From positions 27,032,001 through 27,096,000 of the forward strand of contig OX442314.1 of NCBI GenBank assembly GCA_949358305.1: DNA of 64,000 bases. Direction: 5' to 3'. Origin of the DNA: Strigamia acuminata (lineage: Eukaryota). Positions 1-12,139 of this stretch are shown in pieces. The notes under the pieces are model-generated. The model had not been told where the DNA came from. It saw nothing but the letters and a program-made list of their open reading frames with translations, and did not search any database. Both the position numbers and the translations under genes were made by a program. Every line of letters begins with the position of its first letter. Within the stretch, counting starts at the first letter, position 1.

Positions 1-590
1 TTGTCTAAATGTTTGTGCTTTTAATTTTTTTAAATTCACAATAATAAAGTTGCAGCATTGTATTAAAAAACAGGAATTCTCTATTTTTATGCAAATGAGA
101 CATTACTAGTTTCGGTAATCGCACGACATGTATGCGATGAACTCAAATTTTATAACTATAACTTCAAACTTCGACTGCAACCCACTTTTATCTTACACTA
201 AATATAGCGTAAAAAATGTCATAATTGTAAGGGGAAAGTACCTGCCGCAAACTGTGTATTGATACATTTACGATAGGTTAGAACAGGTTATAAGATAAAA
301 TCGTTTAACGGTTTGGCTTTTGGTTGAAACCAAATCTAAGTCGCAGCAGCGACTTCAAATATTATATTCTCGAAACTTATCTTAAAAAAACAGCGGATGC
401 AGTTACATTTACAAAAAGTACTACATTTTTATTCTTGTGCAGAACAATACAAAGAAGGAATTAAGTCCCCGTTTCTAGGAATTAACATAAATGGGTCACA
501 GGGATGATTTTACACCTGTGCCATAGTGGTCAAACATATAAACTAAATTGGTTTCTTTGGGTACCGTCAGTTTGCACAAAATCTTTCATT

Positions 591-3500
591 TTAGCGCTTT
601 GTTGCAGAAATTTTTTGAGGAACGGGCTGTACGATAATTCCAGATTGACATACAGTTGTTATTATCTGTTCGGAAGTAAATGAAAATTGTTGGAATAGAG
701 TGGTAAAATAAAGAAATAGTTGCATTCGGGCCAGTGGTTCTCCAATACATTGCCTCTTACCTGTATGAAAAAAAAACACTGCTCAGTAATAAAACAACTG
801 AGATTTGTAAATTATATTTGTTTACCAATGGAAAAAGGAATCAACTCCTCCACGTGTTTAACTTTGTTATCCTCACTAAGAAAGCGTTCTGGTTTGAAAA
901 GTTCGGGTTCTGGAAACAACTTTGGATCGTTATGAATTGACCATACATTGGCAAGTATAGTTGTCTTCTTTGGAACAAAATAACCAGCTAGAGTTGCATC
1001 TTCACTTGAACTAGAAATTAATATAGAATTCTATAGCAACATCTATTAAAAATTCAGAGGGGGCCAGTATGTGCCGCAACATAGAACTACCGGGTGGCCC
1101 ACATAAAAGAGGCCTGACAATGCGAGGAGGGTTACCACGGGAGTCTAAAGAAATGTATGTATTGTTCAATTAAATATATACAGACTATTAATCGTTAGTT
1201 GTGTGTAGTATTTGTTTCATTAAAGTTTCTGGTGCAGTTTTTACCGCTCTTTCGTTTGGTGTTTAGTTTTTGACGATCCGAGCCTGCGTTCTCGAGATAT
1301 TTGCGATTTTAATGAATTTGTGTCCCCATTCACCAGGTTTGATTGCACTAGTCATTCCTGAATTTCAGATTGTGGTACTTTTTGAATTTTTTCAGCTTGA
1401 CTTTGCAGGTTTTGTGCAATTTTGCTAGATTTTGTAAAAGTTTGCTAGATTATGTAAATTTTTGCAAAGTTTTGTAAAGTTTTGTTAGATTTTGTAAATT
1501 TTTGCTTGATTTTGTAAAATTTTGCTACATTTGAGAAATTTTATCTAAAGTAAAGTGGTATGGTACGAAAAGTACTGTATATCTGTACCAGTACCGCTGC
1601 AGAAATCCACACAATCTAAAATTCTGGTATGACTACAGTAGTGCAATCAAACTTGGCAAATTAGGACGAACATTTATTTAAAACGCAAATATCTTGAGAA
1701 TAAAGCTCGAATCGTTAAAAACTAAACACCAAACGAAAGAGCGGAAAAAACTGCACCAGAAACATTAATGAAACAATACTAACCGCCACTAATGATTAAT
1801 ATACAGTATATTTAATTGAACAATACATACATTTTTTTAGACTTCCGTGGTAACCCTCCTTGCATTGTCGGGTCGCTTTTATGTGGGCCACCCGGTACGT
1901 GGGGTGGGCGTTATTCATTCTGTTTTATTGTCATTTCAATTTCGACTTGTAATTAACTGTCACCAATTGGGACTGGCAAGAGCACAGGCAGGGAGTGTTG
2001 TTATTTTGAGTCACCTTGATCCGATAGGCCCCGGGGCCAAGATAATTCTCGATAATTCCACCGCTAGGTGGAGTTACGTAGGCTACCTTCGACCTGTATC
2101 CACTGTCTGATTCACCCATGCCGGGCATGCGTCGAGGCAGAGCGTAGAATAAAGGTTTTCACCATTCTACATCAACCAACCTCAGGGGTCGGCAACCTGC
2201 GGCTCTTTCGATGTCAAGATGCGGCTCTCTCAAGTTATGAGCCAGATTTAACCAAACTTTCAAAAGGCATGCAAGGCCAATGCTCCCATTGATGTAATTA
2301 ACTATTGTTCAATAATTATAGTTGTATTATTTTATTATTCCAGCAGAGCTAGCTAAAACACTTTAATATGTTTTGTGCGAAACATTTTTATGTTTTTATA
2401 TGAATAAATATTACTCCGTATTTCATATTTAAAGCTATTTATTTTAAATCAAAAATCAAATTTATATACCTAATCCTAATCAAATACCATAATATTGAAA
2501 CAAAAATGTTAGTGGCTCTTTAAAAACTGGGAAATTTTGTAAATTGTAACTTTTGGCTCTTCCGACCCCTGACATAACTCGTCCTTCTCCGTTGCGATTA
2601 TCCAACAGCGGGTTATTTCAGCACCATCTCTTGATGACAATTGTATTCCATCACGGCATTGTAAATTTCCAACAATTCGAATTGGTGCTGGTCACCATTA
2701 CCGTTTAGAAGATTGTCTTGTTAGACGTGGTTTTACGTCAAAAATATTTTTTATCAGAGGCGATGAGAGGGTGCCGAATCTGACTATGTTGAATAATTAA
2801 TATTGTTCAAGTCCAACATGGTTTAACTAGCCATTTGTTTAGCTATATTGTCTGTATTATTGCAACAACAGGTGGTGTCTAAATAGCGTTTGTTTTGAAC
2901 AAGTGAACAGTAGGTGCGTTCAATTTGCGAAAGGAAAGAAAAATCTTTCCTTTTCTTACTTTCGCAAAGGAAGAAAAAGTACTTTAGAATGAATGCACTT
3001 TTTTTGTTACTTTCTATTTGTTTGTCAATTCTAGTTTTAGCATGCTGTAATTCGATTTTAATCTGGTTTTTAGTAACTAACAAACGTTTTTTCGATTAAA
3101 ACGAATGTTTTTTCGGTAAAAACGAACATTTTTTGGTAAAAACTAACGTTTTTTCGATAAAAACGAACGTTTTTCCGGTAAAACGAACGTTTTTCCGGTA
3201 AAACGAACGTTTTTCCGGTAAAACGAACGTTTTTCTGGTAAAACGAACGTATTTCGTTAAAAACGAACGTTTTTTCGATAAAAACGAACGTTTTTTCAGT
3301 TATAACAATGTTTTATCATTACAACAAGTAATAAATCTTTACTTAATTGTTGGTTTGGCTAACAAATGACTAATGCGCATGCGCCGATCGCGAAAGTAAA
3401 ACTGAAAGGAAGAAAAGTAACCCAAACGCTACCTTTGGCTAAAGTGACTTTGGCCACTTTCCTTTCGGTAAAAATGACGTTTTTGACGTCACTTCCGGTG

Positions 3501-6500
3501 GCGAAAGTAACGAAAGGAAAGATTCTTCTTTCCTTTCGCAAATTGAACGCACCTAGTGTTTCTATGATGTTTAATCTACTATACTCACGTGTGAGGAGCA
3601 AGTAAAGGAAGTAGCCAGACCATTCTGCTTAGTTCCAGTAAAGTCGCTTCTGTATATGGCATTAACTTTTGATCTGACATTGATGGTTGTCTATCCGTTC
3701 CAATCACTTCGTCAATTTCCATTTGCACTTTTGCTTGCACGTGAGGGTATTTTACCATATACAATAGTAGGAATTCCAAACTCGTGCTTGTAGTGTCGCT
3801 TCCAGCAATAAACAATTCGCTCAATATTTTTGCCAGTTTCTTTTCTAGGAATGATAATAGATAAATAATAATACAGTTAGTTTCAATTTTAAAAAATTCT
3901 CAAATTCTCATATTCTCAAAAACTTCTCAAATTTGGATGAAAATTTAACTAAAAATTCCCAAATTTGGTGGTAATTCAACTATAAATTCTCAAATTTGGT
4001 GGTAATTCAACTATAAATTCTCAAATTTTGCTAGAAATTTAACTAAAAATTCTCAAATTTTATTTGAAATGTATAAAATAATTAGTTAAAATATTCCTTT
4101 GTAAATTTTGTGTCAAGGAACCTTTTGATGTGCTCGCTCTCAATTGAAAGTTTTGACGGGTTTTAACGGAATCGTAGGGTTTAATGAAGAAATGAACAAC
4201 TTTTTTGTCTGAGAGTAATTTGTAAATGTAGGAGTATTTACCATTAAAAATGGCGGTATTTGTATTCGGTTTCTCAGTTTCAGTTCTCCAAACATCAATA
4301 AAACTCTGTTGATTGTTTATGCCTTCGTGAATTTTGTCGTATTTTAGAACTTCGTCTAGGATCTTTCTGTACAGCAAAGCTCCTTTAACTCTGCACAAAT
4401 AAATGAAAAATGTCTTTAAAGTGCACTTAAGTTTAATGGCGTTTGGTACTGACGTCGGTTTTGTGATTCCAAGAAGTTTGACTATCCAGTCTGGCAGAAA
4501 TTCCGACCATTGGTCTATTCCTACCGAAGCTACAAGGTCATTGGATAACTGCATGAGTTGTTGAAAATCTTTATTCTCGTAGTCCATTCTTTCTCCGTAC
4601 ATGATTGTGCAAATTATATTAGTAATGCTTGTTCTAAGCATTTCTCGGAAGTAAGAAGGTTTTCCGTTCAAGCTTTTAATATTGTTTATTAAAAACTGTA
4701 ATTCATCCTAATAAAAGTAAAGAATAACTGTTGCAATTAATAAGATAATAAACTGGGCTTTGGGATTGTATTAATATACTTGAATTTTTGGTTCCAAACT
4801 TGCTTTACCCATCCCAAAGTTGCGCAGTGCAGTTAACGAGAAGCGTCGTAATTCTTGTCGAATCGCACCGCCACTTCCAAACATACCTGGAAAAAATTTA
4901 AAGCACTAGCAAAAATCACTAGTAAAAATCGTAGCAGGCGAATTCATAGTTATTTTGTGTAAACAACATTTTTAAACTGCTGTATGTAGGATTTGTTCTG
5001 AACTGACTTCAAACAATGGTGGTGGATTTAGTCTGTTTTAATTGCAGTGAGCATGCGCAAAACATTTAAACAACAAAAGATATTTAAATAAATGTTATTA
5101 CACATGCGTCTATGAATACGCTCAGTAAAAAATTAAATCACGAGTTGCATTCGAAAGCGTACTACCGGTAATATTCATCTCGATTTAATACATACCTTCT
5201 TGCGAGTCAAATGTCATAAGAATAGAAAAGTTGTGGGGTCTTTCTGTATAGTTGTCACTTAGTTGAAACATTTCTTTGATTAGTTTGAATGAGGATACAA
5301 CAACAACACGTTCATTTGCAATATAGATTCTGAAAACAGGGAAACGTACCCGATTATACATTTCAAAGCAGTTCCTTGTAGGACAACGAATTTACAATAG
5401 GATTCCAGTTCCAGGTTAGACAATTGAAACATGCCTGGACACTGGAGACCCAACAAAGTGTTGTATCGAACGCGAACTAATAGTTTGAGTTCGATACAAC
5501 ACTGCATACAACTCGAATTAAGTTCGTTAGTTCGCAAGCTAAGATCGCGAACTAGTTCACTTTTACAAGTGAATGCAAAAAACGAACTTAGTTCACTTTT
5601 AAGAGTGAACTTTAACGAAGTTTGCGTTCACCATGTTTGCAAAAACGTAACTTTTTCCATTGGTTTTAAACGTTTTGATGACATTTTCATCATCAAAACA
5701 TTCGTTTTGATTACTTTTTACAACGAAAAAGGCGAAATCAGCCGTTTTCGTCACTAAAATCAATGAAAACGACTGCTTTACTAAAAAAAAGTGTTTGTTT
5801 TTTTTCATCTGTAAACCACAAAACAAAAAAAAACATTTTAATTTTTTTAAAAAAAATTGGAAAAGTTGTCACGTTGTATTCGACTTTTTTAACAATGGTT
5901 TCGGAAATTTTGGGTTTCCAGGGATTGTAGTAATCATAAAATTGTGGTCCACAGACGCCGCACCTCTTAATACTTTGCCAGGGGTGGTAGCTAGGTAAAG
6001 ACAGCGTCTGTTTGTGAAATCTGTATTTATACAGCAAACCATCCCCAAACCATTTCCTGTATGTGTATCGGTCCACAACAATACATTAAAGGTTTCATGG
6101 ATCAATATACTTATCAAAAAGTATTGGAGGATTGTTATGCTTCCATTTGCAGATGATAAACTGCCTTTGACATGGATATTTCAGCAGGAAAATGATTCTA
6201 AACTTAAAGTCAAGTCATTTTCTCAGTTTTCCAAACCCATCACGTGTAGGTTTTGACTTGGCCTACACAATCACATACAAAATTTTGGTTATCCAACAAA
6301 ATATTGTAAAGTATTGTTCTTATAAACAATGATTTTCTGAAGAAACCGGTTTTTTGTGTGATTTTTTGGATGTGGTGCTAAGCTTTTTCTGCCGGCCCAA
6401 CTCACTTGAGGCAATTAGCGTGGTGGCCTAATACGAAGTGTGGGACTTGATCACTCCAGAATATTGTCAAGAACTAATAGAACCCATGCCAGACCATATT

Positions 6501-9261
6501 CAGGCAGTAATTAATGCTAAAGGAGGTGTTACAAAATATTAAAATGACGTGACCACTTTCACATGAGTCAAGTAGTGCAGTGACCACTTTCATTTGAGGC
6601 AAGTGACACAACTGAAATCAGTCATAACTTTTTTGTTTATTTGTTTATTTTGGTTTTTTTTTTTAATTAAAGTAAATTCAGTGTATTTTTCAACTCTCAT
6701 GTACAAATTTATTTATTTATTACACTAAACCTGAAAAACTTGAAATAAACATTTTGATTACACACTGAAAAGGTGTGACCACTTACACCTGGGTTTGAGT
6801 AGTATTCAATTTTAATTTAGGACATTTTGCTGTTATTCAATTTAATTACTTGGTATTTTGCTGTTACTCACTTAAATGAAAGCAATGATGATGTAGTCCA
6901 CCTCGGCCCGGCATGTGGGACACTGAGGGACAAATGCAGCGTTATTGCCTTCACCACGCATCAGAAGCTCGCTGCAACCACTGCAGCATTTCTGATGTTT
7001 GCACGGCATCAGAAGTGTATTCTGGTCTCTGTTAGGCAGATGATGCAAGTGTGGTCTTCCTGCACTACAATAGGTGCTGCAGCAACAAGGGGCGCTGCAG
7101 CTACAACAAATGGTGCACTATTGTTGTACTGCCTGACAGCCTGCTGTCTTCGCTGTTGCTTTGCCTGCTTTGCCTATACCTGGTGCAGGCACAACTTGCT
7201 GCCTGTTGTGTCCAAGTATGTTTTCAAAGTTTGGTCTTGCATGGATTAAACCAGACAGGAATTGAGAAATGGAAGTACATCATTCTTAAATCGTGCAACT
7301 ATATTGCAGATGCGGATGTCATTCCATGCATACTTTAAGACTCATGCGGTGCCGTGGTGGTTGGCCCTGTTGCAGCAGAGTGTAATCATGGTAGGACACA
7401 TGCTCCAACTTATGCAAATGGATAATGAATACCCAGATGTGGTCTCCATGATCAGCAAAGATTATTAGATGACTGACAGATTGTTTGATGACTGACAGTT
7501 TGTTAGATGACTGACAGATTGTGAGATGACACTAGCATTGGACATATACTGTATACTGCTATGTGAACGGCAAGTACATTGCGCGTTACATCAATTGTTG
7601 CGCACGTACATTACGCGTTACAGCAATTGTTGCGCACGTACATTGCGCGTTACTTCAATTGATGAATTCTTAATTTTTTGGTAGTTTAATTCGAATTTTG
7701 GGTTACTCTATTCTGATTTATGTTTATTTTGCGGTTAATCAATTCGCAATTCTTTTTATTTTGCGGTTAATCAATTAGGAATTCGGTGTTTTTGTGATTA
7801 ATCAATTCGGGATTCTGTGTTTTTGCGCTTATTCAATCTTTCCTTATTATAAATTTCGCAATTAATCAATTCAATTTACTCTACACATTTTGCGGTTATT
7901 CAACTTATTTCATTTATTACACACTTATTCAATGCGCGTATGCTCAATTGTTGCACTACGCTACAAATTCACGGTTACGTGGATTCACAAAGAGGACAAC
8001 GGTGCGCTTCCAGATGCTTGGAATATTTTTTTGGTTGAGGAAACTACGAGGTATCTCCCATTTTGGCTAGAACTGGGGGTGTGTGACAGCGTTTGGAAAT
8101 TCTAGGTTGACTCTGGCGTGGAGAGATCGTTAGTGACTTGGGGTTAGTTTCTGTTGCTCCCTGGGGTGGCGGGAGGGCGTTTTCCCACGCTGCGTAAAAT
8201 TGAGGTGCGCTCAAGGCCTACATGGGTGACTTTGCCGGTTAAGTACTGCGAGAAGCTAGAGCACCTGGAGAATGTAGAATTCGATGTACCAGTGGAGACG
8301 CCGAGACATAGGAAGGGTTCCAGAAAGCTGTTCGGATGGGAAGTTGAGGAAATTTAACATTGCTCTCGCAGCTGTCCGGATGAGCTCTGTTTGGTCCGTA
8401 CAGAGTACACTGTAATCAGATTTGATCAATTTCCTTGGTTATTCTTTTTGTTCTTTTCCTTCTAAAGGATGTTATCAAAAATTACATTTACAACTGCAGC
8501 TGAAAATGATTTATATATCTCTAGGTGCATTCTGTCTACAAGTATTAAATCAAAAGCATGTTCAACAAAATTTACAATGATTTAGATTCACAAGCCCAAA
8601 GTTTGGCCGTGTATCAGTTTTTGTGCTTTTATCATTGGTATCTTGTGACCGCTGATAATAGCCTATATCAGGGTTTCCCAAATGGTGAGGCGCGCCTCAC
8701 TGGTGGGGCGCGAGCTGATTATTGGTGGGGCGCACCCATCATACATGCCTAAATAAAATAAGCATATTTTGAAAACTTTTGTAAATTTTTAAGCAAAATT
8801 ATATAAAATTATACAAAAAATTATACAAAGTTTTATGAAAAATTATATAAAATTTCTTTTTTTCTTTTTAGTAGTATATTTCTTAAAAATTTAATGGACT
8901 GGTAGATGAAGTGGGGCGCAGAAGATCGCCTTGCTTAAAAAGTGGGGCGCGATGCTAAAAAGTTTGGGAACCCCTGGCCTATATCAAGAGGAAATTTAGA
9001 ATCTCGCCTGGGTGCTGGTATTAAATTAATTTAAATTTAATTTAGAAAGGGTTATACTTACGTATAAATTTCTCCATATTTCTCTCTAAGTTTGGTTAGC
9101 ACAAGATAAGGTTTTCTACCAAGAAATGGCAAATATCCCAATACTGGTATTCCTTTAGGTCCAGGTGGCAAATTTTTTGGAGATTTCATGTATTTCAAAG
9201 TTAGCCATAATACAATTGCGACGATTGCAAATCCGAATAGTGGAAAATCATTAGGAATCAT
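591..9261 (-). CDS. Cytochrome P450, CYP2-clan-like (gene 1), 8 exons, ~484 aa, apparently intact
   Basis: Hand-assembled GT-AG exons 9062-9261, 5196-5329, 4780-4886, 4454-4707, 4242-4390, 3589-3844, 826-1010, 591-760 sum to 1455 nt in one frame. Motifs: N-terminal TM + PPGP hinge, RRFSLTALRNFGMGK, I-helix AGSDTT, K-helix ELSR, FKPERF, heme motif FSIGKRQCIG. Confidence 0.9.
1090..1895. mobile_element. Foldback/MITE-like non-autonomous DNA transposon (Tc1/mariner-type ends) in P450 intron
   Basis: TA flanks both ends; ends CCGGGTGGCCCACATAAAAG / CTTTTATGTGGGCCACCCGG; imperfect inverted arms of roughly 290 bp around ~10-bp TTTTGTAAAG/TTTTGCTAGA repeats. Confidence 0.8.
2183..2571. mobile_element. 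hAT-like MITE (older)
   Basis: TIR CAGGGGTCGG...CCGACCCCTG; flanks ACCAACCT/ACATAACT match only 5/8, so the TSD is degenerate. Confidence 0.55.
2913..3553. mobile_element. MITE with 27-bp TIRs and internal minisatellite
   Basis: GGTGCGTTCAATTTGCGAAAGGAAAGA and its reverse complement at the ends, TA on both flanks. Confidence 0.8.
3080..3299. repeat. ~20-bp tandem repeat (AAAACGAACGTTTTTCCGGT)n inside the MITE
   Basis: About ten to eleven directly visible copies. Confidence 0.9.
3890..4062. repeat. Degenerate ~32-bp AT-rich intronic tandem repeat
   Basis: Repeated AAATTCTCAAATTTGGTGGTAATTCAACTAT-like units. Confidence 0.75.
5456..5620. mobile_element. Short deletion derivative of the hAT element at 9463
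   Basis: AGTGTTGTATCGAAC...GTTCGATACAACACTG (5457-5504) matches the TIR at 9463, followed by GTTCG/CGAAC subterminal motifs. Confidence 0.6.
6030..6542 (+). pseudogene. Decayed Tc1-family transposase C-terminus
   Basis: Frameshifted fragments IGP..IKGFMD, WIFQQEND, LTWPTQS, INAKGGVTKY* resemble Tc1 FQQDND, WPSQS and GGxTKY motifs; the MVWG motif is present but inverted. Confidence 0.75.
6872..7465 (-). pseudogene. Decayed RING-finger ORF preceded by a MULE-transposase-like C-terminal segment
   Basis: Minus strand reads CIIC [frameshift] LLMPCKHQKCCSGC...CPTCRAEV (C3HC4 RING). Upstream HIWVFI..L..LE...GQPPR...YAWNDIRI...FL resembles MULE transposase tails (recognition only). Confidence 0.5.
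7468..7905. repeat. Cluster of short tandem repeats
   Basis: GATGACTGACAGATTG x3-4; ACATTGCGCGTTACATCAATTGTTGCGCACGT x3; TTTTGCGGTTAATCAATT x5. Confidence 0.7.
8669..8976. mobile_element. hAT-type MITE with perfect 8-bp TSD
   Basis: TIR CAGGGTTTCCCAAA / TTTGGGAACCCCTG; TSD GCCTATAT at 8661-8668 and 8977-8984. Confidence 0.9.
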
Positions 9262-9462
9262 GTTTTTTTCCCCAGTACTTTTCAATGCTATAAATGGTAA
9301 CTGCACAAATTGTTTCCTTATATAATAAAGAATACAGATAATTTTACGAGATTGAAGTTACATAGAAACTGATATCAATGTAAATCTGACAACGACGGTA
9401 TTCAGAAGGTAACATACAGCATTTACTACACATCGGTATTCGATTTTTAATATACAGTATGA

Positions 9463-11316
9463 CAGTGTTGTATCGAACTAGAACTATTAGTTCGCGTTCG
9501 CGAACTTAGTTCTTAGTTCGCGAACTAAGAACGCGAACTAGTTCGCGATTCTTAAAGAACGAAAAAAACGAACGAAGTTCGTTTTTTGGACGCGAACTAC
9601 GTTCTAGTTCGTTAATTAGTTCGTTCCTCCAACGTTGTATTGCTCGGCCAATCATTGACGACTTCTGTAGTATAAGACTAGTGTAATTTCTGTAAATAAA
9701 ATAACTTGTGACATTCGACCCTGATAAGCTGTTGCGTATTTCATTGTTTAGTCGGATTTGGTGGATTTCCAACAATAGTCTACAATTCTATTTTGTTTCG
9801 TATTCGTTTTTTCCGAGGTCTGTGATCGTAATAATATGGAAGCTGAAGCTCAGAAGTTAATCGAAGCACGCAATAAACCCGTATACGACGGTAAGTTTTT
9901 TCAATGCATAAGTTTCAATGGGAAAAACTTTTCTGCAAAATGTGCTATTTGCGGATTGTCGATTTCGGTAGCAGCTGGAAGCACTGCTAATTTAAAACGG
10001 CATATCACAACAAAGCATGGGACTCTATTAGCGGAATTTATCGAACACACGAAATCAGCTACACCTGCGCGAAAACGAAAAGCAGTTGAAATTGATCCGG
10101 AATCGCACGGCAGCCAGAGAACTCTGAATTTCCCCATTTCAGATAGAATTTCCAGCAGTCAAAAGAATTGTGAAGAAGCTGTCATTCGTTTCATAATCAT
10201 GCGTTGGCAACCTTTGCGATTAGTTGAAGATGATGAGTTTCGACGACTTCTTAAAACATTTAATCCGACGTATAAACCAATGAATCGTGTAACACTTGTG
10301 AAACGAATTTCCGAAAAGTATGATCAAATATTTGACCAGTTGAAAATTAATCTCGAAGCGCAAGATTATGTATGTACGACAGCAGACATCTGGACCTCTC
10401 ATCGTAAAAGCTTTTTGGGGATGACCGTTCACTGGTTAAACGAAAATCTCGAAAGGAAATCGGCGGCAATTGCAGTTCAACGATTTACTGGATCACACAA
10501 CTACCTTGAAATAGCTAGAAAATTGGTTTCAATTCACAACAAATACGGCCTGGATCCATCGAAAGTTACAAAAACAATAACCGACAATGCCAGTAACTTT
10601 GTGAAGGCATTTAGGTTGTTTGAACACACCGAGTCCGATGCTGAAGCTGAAGAAATTGAAGATGAAGATGAACCGATAATTCTTCAATCGGTTGGAGATA
10701 TCTTGACTGGGCCAGAATCTATAACTGAAGTAGACAGTGAATTCGATTTCGATTTAGAATTACCATCGCATCTCCGATGCAGTGCACATTCGATTAACTT
10801 AATCGCTACAGCGGATGCTGCAACGGCCTTAAAAACGAACGTATACAAGAGGCGTTACAGCAGTGCAATGTCTAAATTCCAATCGATTTGCAACAAGATG
10901 AATCGTAGCGCACAGGTTGCAGAAAAACTACATGAAGTTTGTCATCGTTTCATTCCAACTCCTGGTATAACAAGATGGAATTCGTATTTCGACAGCATTT
11001 CTGTGCTGATCTCGCTGGAATCCAAGTTACCGAATATCTGTCAAATTACCAGTGTTGATGTTTTCACAAATCCTGAATTAGATTTTCTGAAAAGTTGGTT
11101 GCGAGTCATGCGTCCTGTTGCGACTGCGCTAGATCTAATGCAAGGGGAAAATGCGTATTTAGGAATGCTGTTGCCCACTTTAAAAGGCATCCAAGTTAAT
11201 CTTTCAAATTTGCAGAATTCTTTACATTCCAATGATGTAATTTTACATCTTGTTGCAGCTGTTTCGAAAGGACTGACTAAGCGAATATTCATCATACTGA
11301 GTATGATGAATATTCG
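9463..11316 (+). mobile_element. 3'-truncated hAT DNA transposon
   Basis: Left TIR CAGTGTTGTATCGAAC, dense GTTCG/CGAAC subterminal repeats to ~9625, transposase ORF; no right TIR seen. Confidence 0.8.
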
Positions 11317-11332
11317 GTATTCAGTGATTTGA
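9836..11332 (+). CDS. hAT transposase with BED zinc finger, C-terminally truncated
   Basis: BED finger CAIC...LKRHITTKH; TADIWTS, ITDNASN, RCSAH and TRWNS motifs. Similarity stops at ~11283; no catalytic-Glu/dimerisation region. Confidence 0.85.
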   Translation: MEAEAQKLIEARNKPVYDGKFFQCISFNGKNFSAKCAICGLSISVAAGSTANLKRHITTKHGTLLAEFIEHTKSATPARKRKAVEIDPESHGSQRTLNFPISDRISSSQKNCEEAVIRFIIMRWQPLRLVEDDEFRRLLKTFNPTYKPMNRVTLVKRISEKYDQIFDQLKINLEAQDYVCTTADIWTSHRKSFLGMTVHWLNENLERKSAAIAVQRFTGSHNYLEIARKLVSIHNKYGLDPSKVTKTITDNASNFVKAFRLFEHTESDAEAEEIEDEDEPIILQSVGDILTGPESITEVDSEFDFDLELPSHLRCSAHSINLIATADAATALKTNVYKRRYSSAMSKFQSICNKMNRSAQVAEKLHEVCHRFIPTPGITRWNSYFDSISVLISLESKLPNICQITSVDVFTNPELDFLKSWLRVMRPVATALDLMQGENAYLGMLLPTLKGIQVNLSNLQNSLHSNDVILHLVAAVSKGLTKRIFIILSMMNIRYSVI

Positions 11333-12078
11333 CAATAAAAGTGAATCATAGTTTCATGATGCTTGCAATTGAGTATTTATGACTAGAAATGCATTACAAT
11401 GTACAGACATTGTAATCGATTGCTTAGATAACAGCCAAAATTTCAAAATTGTTTGCTTTCCAGACAAAGCAACCAATAATCAGAACAAACATGAGTTTTA
11501 CATTTATATGTGCATAAAATTATATTTCTTAATGGAAATGACATTTTATAATAAAATACAATCAAAATTATATCAACTTAAATGGTAATAGTAATCACAA
11601 AACATAATAAAAATAAAAACTACTTCTCCTAGTGGTAGTAATACAGACTGGAGTTAGGAGTAATGCGGCTCGGCCAATGGGAAAAGGCCACCCTTTTGAG
11701 TCGGAACAAGAGATCCAAGATTGGTGTGAACACTGAACTCCGTGTGCCAAACAACTCCGTTCGTCAATCGAGTTCCCACAAATTGATTCGACGATTGGAT
11801 TCGGATTGGAATTCATTAAATAATGTTAGCAGTCTGTAGCATTCTATTGTTGCGCATTATTCGATAATAAAATGGTGTTTTTAAAACCTGTTGCTACTAA
11901 TATCCGGTTTGGTTTGATTGAATCACATTTTGGTGTCAAGTCAATATCGGAACTCTGTTCAGTTGGATCTGATCAGGCGAATCAGACCCAGCCAAACTCG
12001 ATCTGTTGGTGTGAACATGGTATTTAGGGGACAGGTTAGGTGGAATCATACCTTTGATTGATGCTAAATCTTTGGGTG

Positions 12079-12139
12079 TTAACGTTTTGTTGCACAAATA
12101 TTTTGAAGAACAGGTTTTAAAACAATCGAATAAATACAT
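12079..12139 (-). pseudogene. Detached 3' end of the last exon of P450 gene 2
   Basis: Reads CIYSIVLKPVLQNICATKR*, homologous to gene 1 CQSGIIVQPVPQKISATKR*; joins 54047 in frame once the insertion and one ACAT are removed. Confidence 0.85.

Noticed and set aside
1931..2128. 65-aa ORF vaguely like an integrase C-terminus
   Set aside because: Too short and too weak to assign.
3080..3299. CRISPR-like regular repeat
   Set aside because: Head-to-tail minisatellite without spacers, in a eukaryotic intron.
4391..4453. Read-through of ORF 4060-4671 as a single exon
   Set aside because: A 63-nt GTCAGT...CAG intron restores normal length; the paralog has a stop in the same interval.
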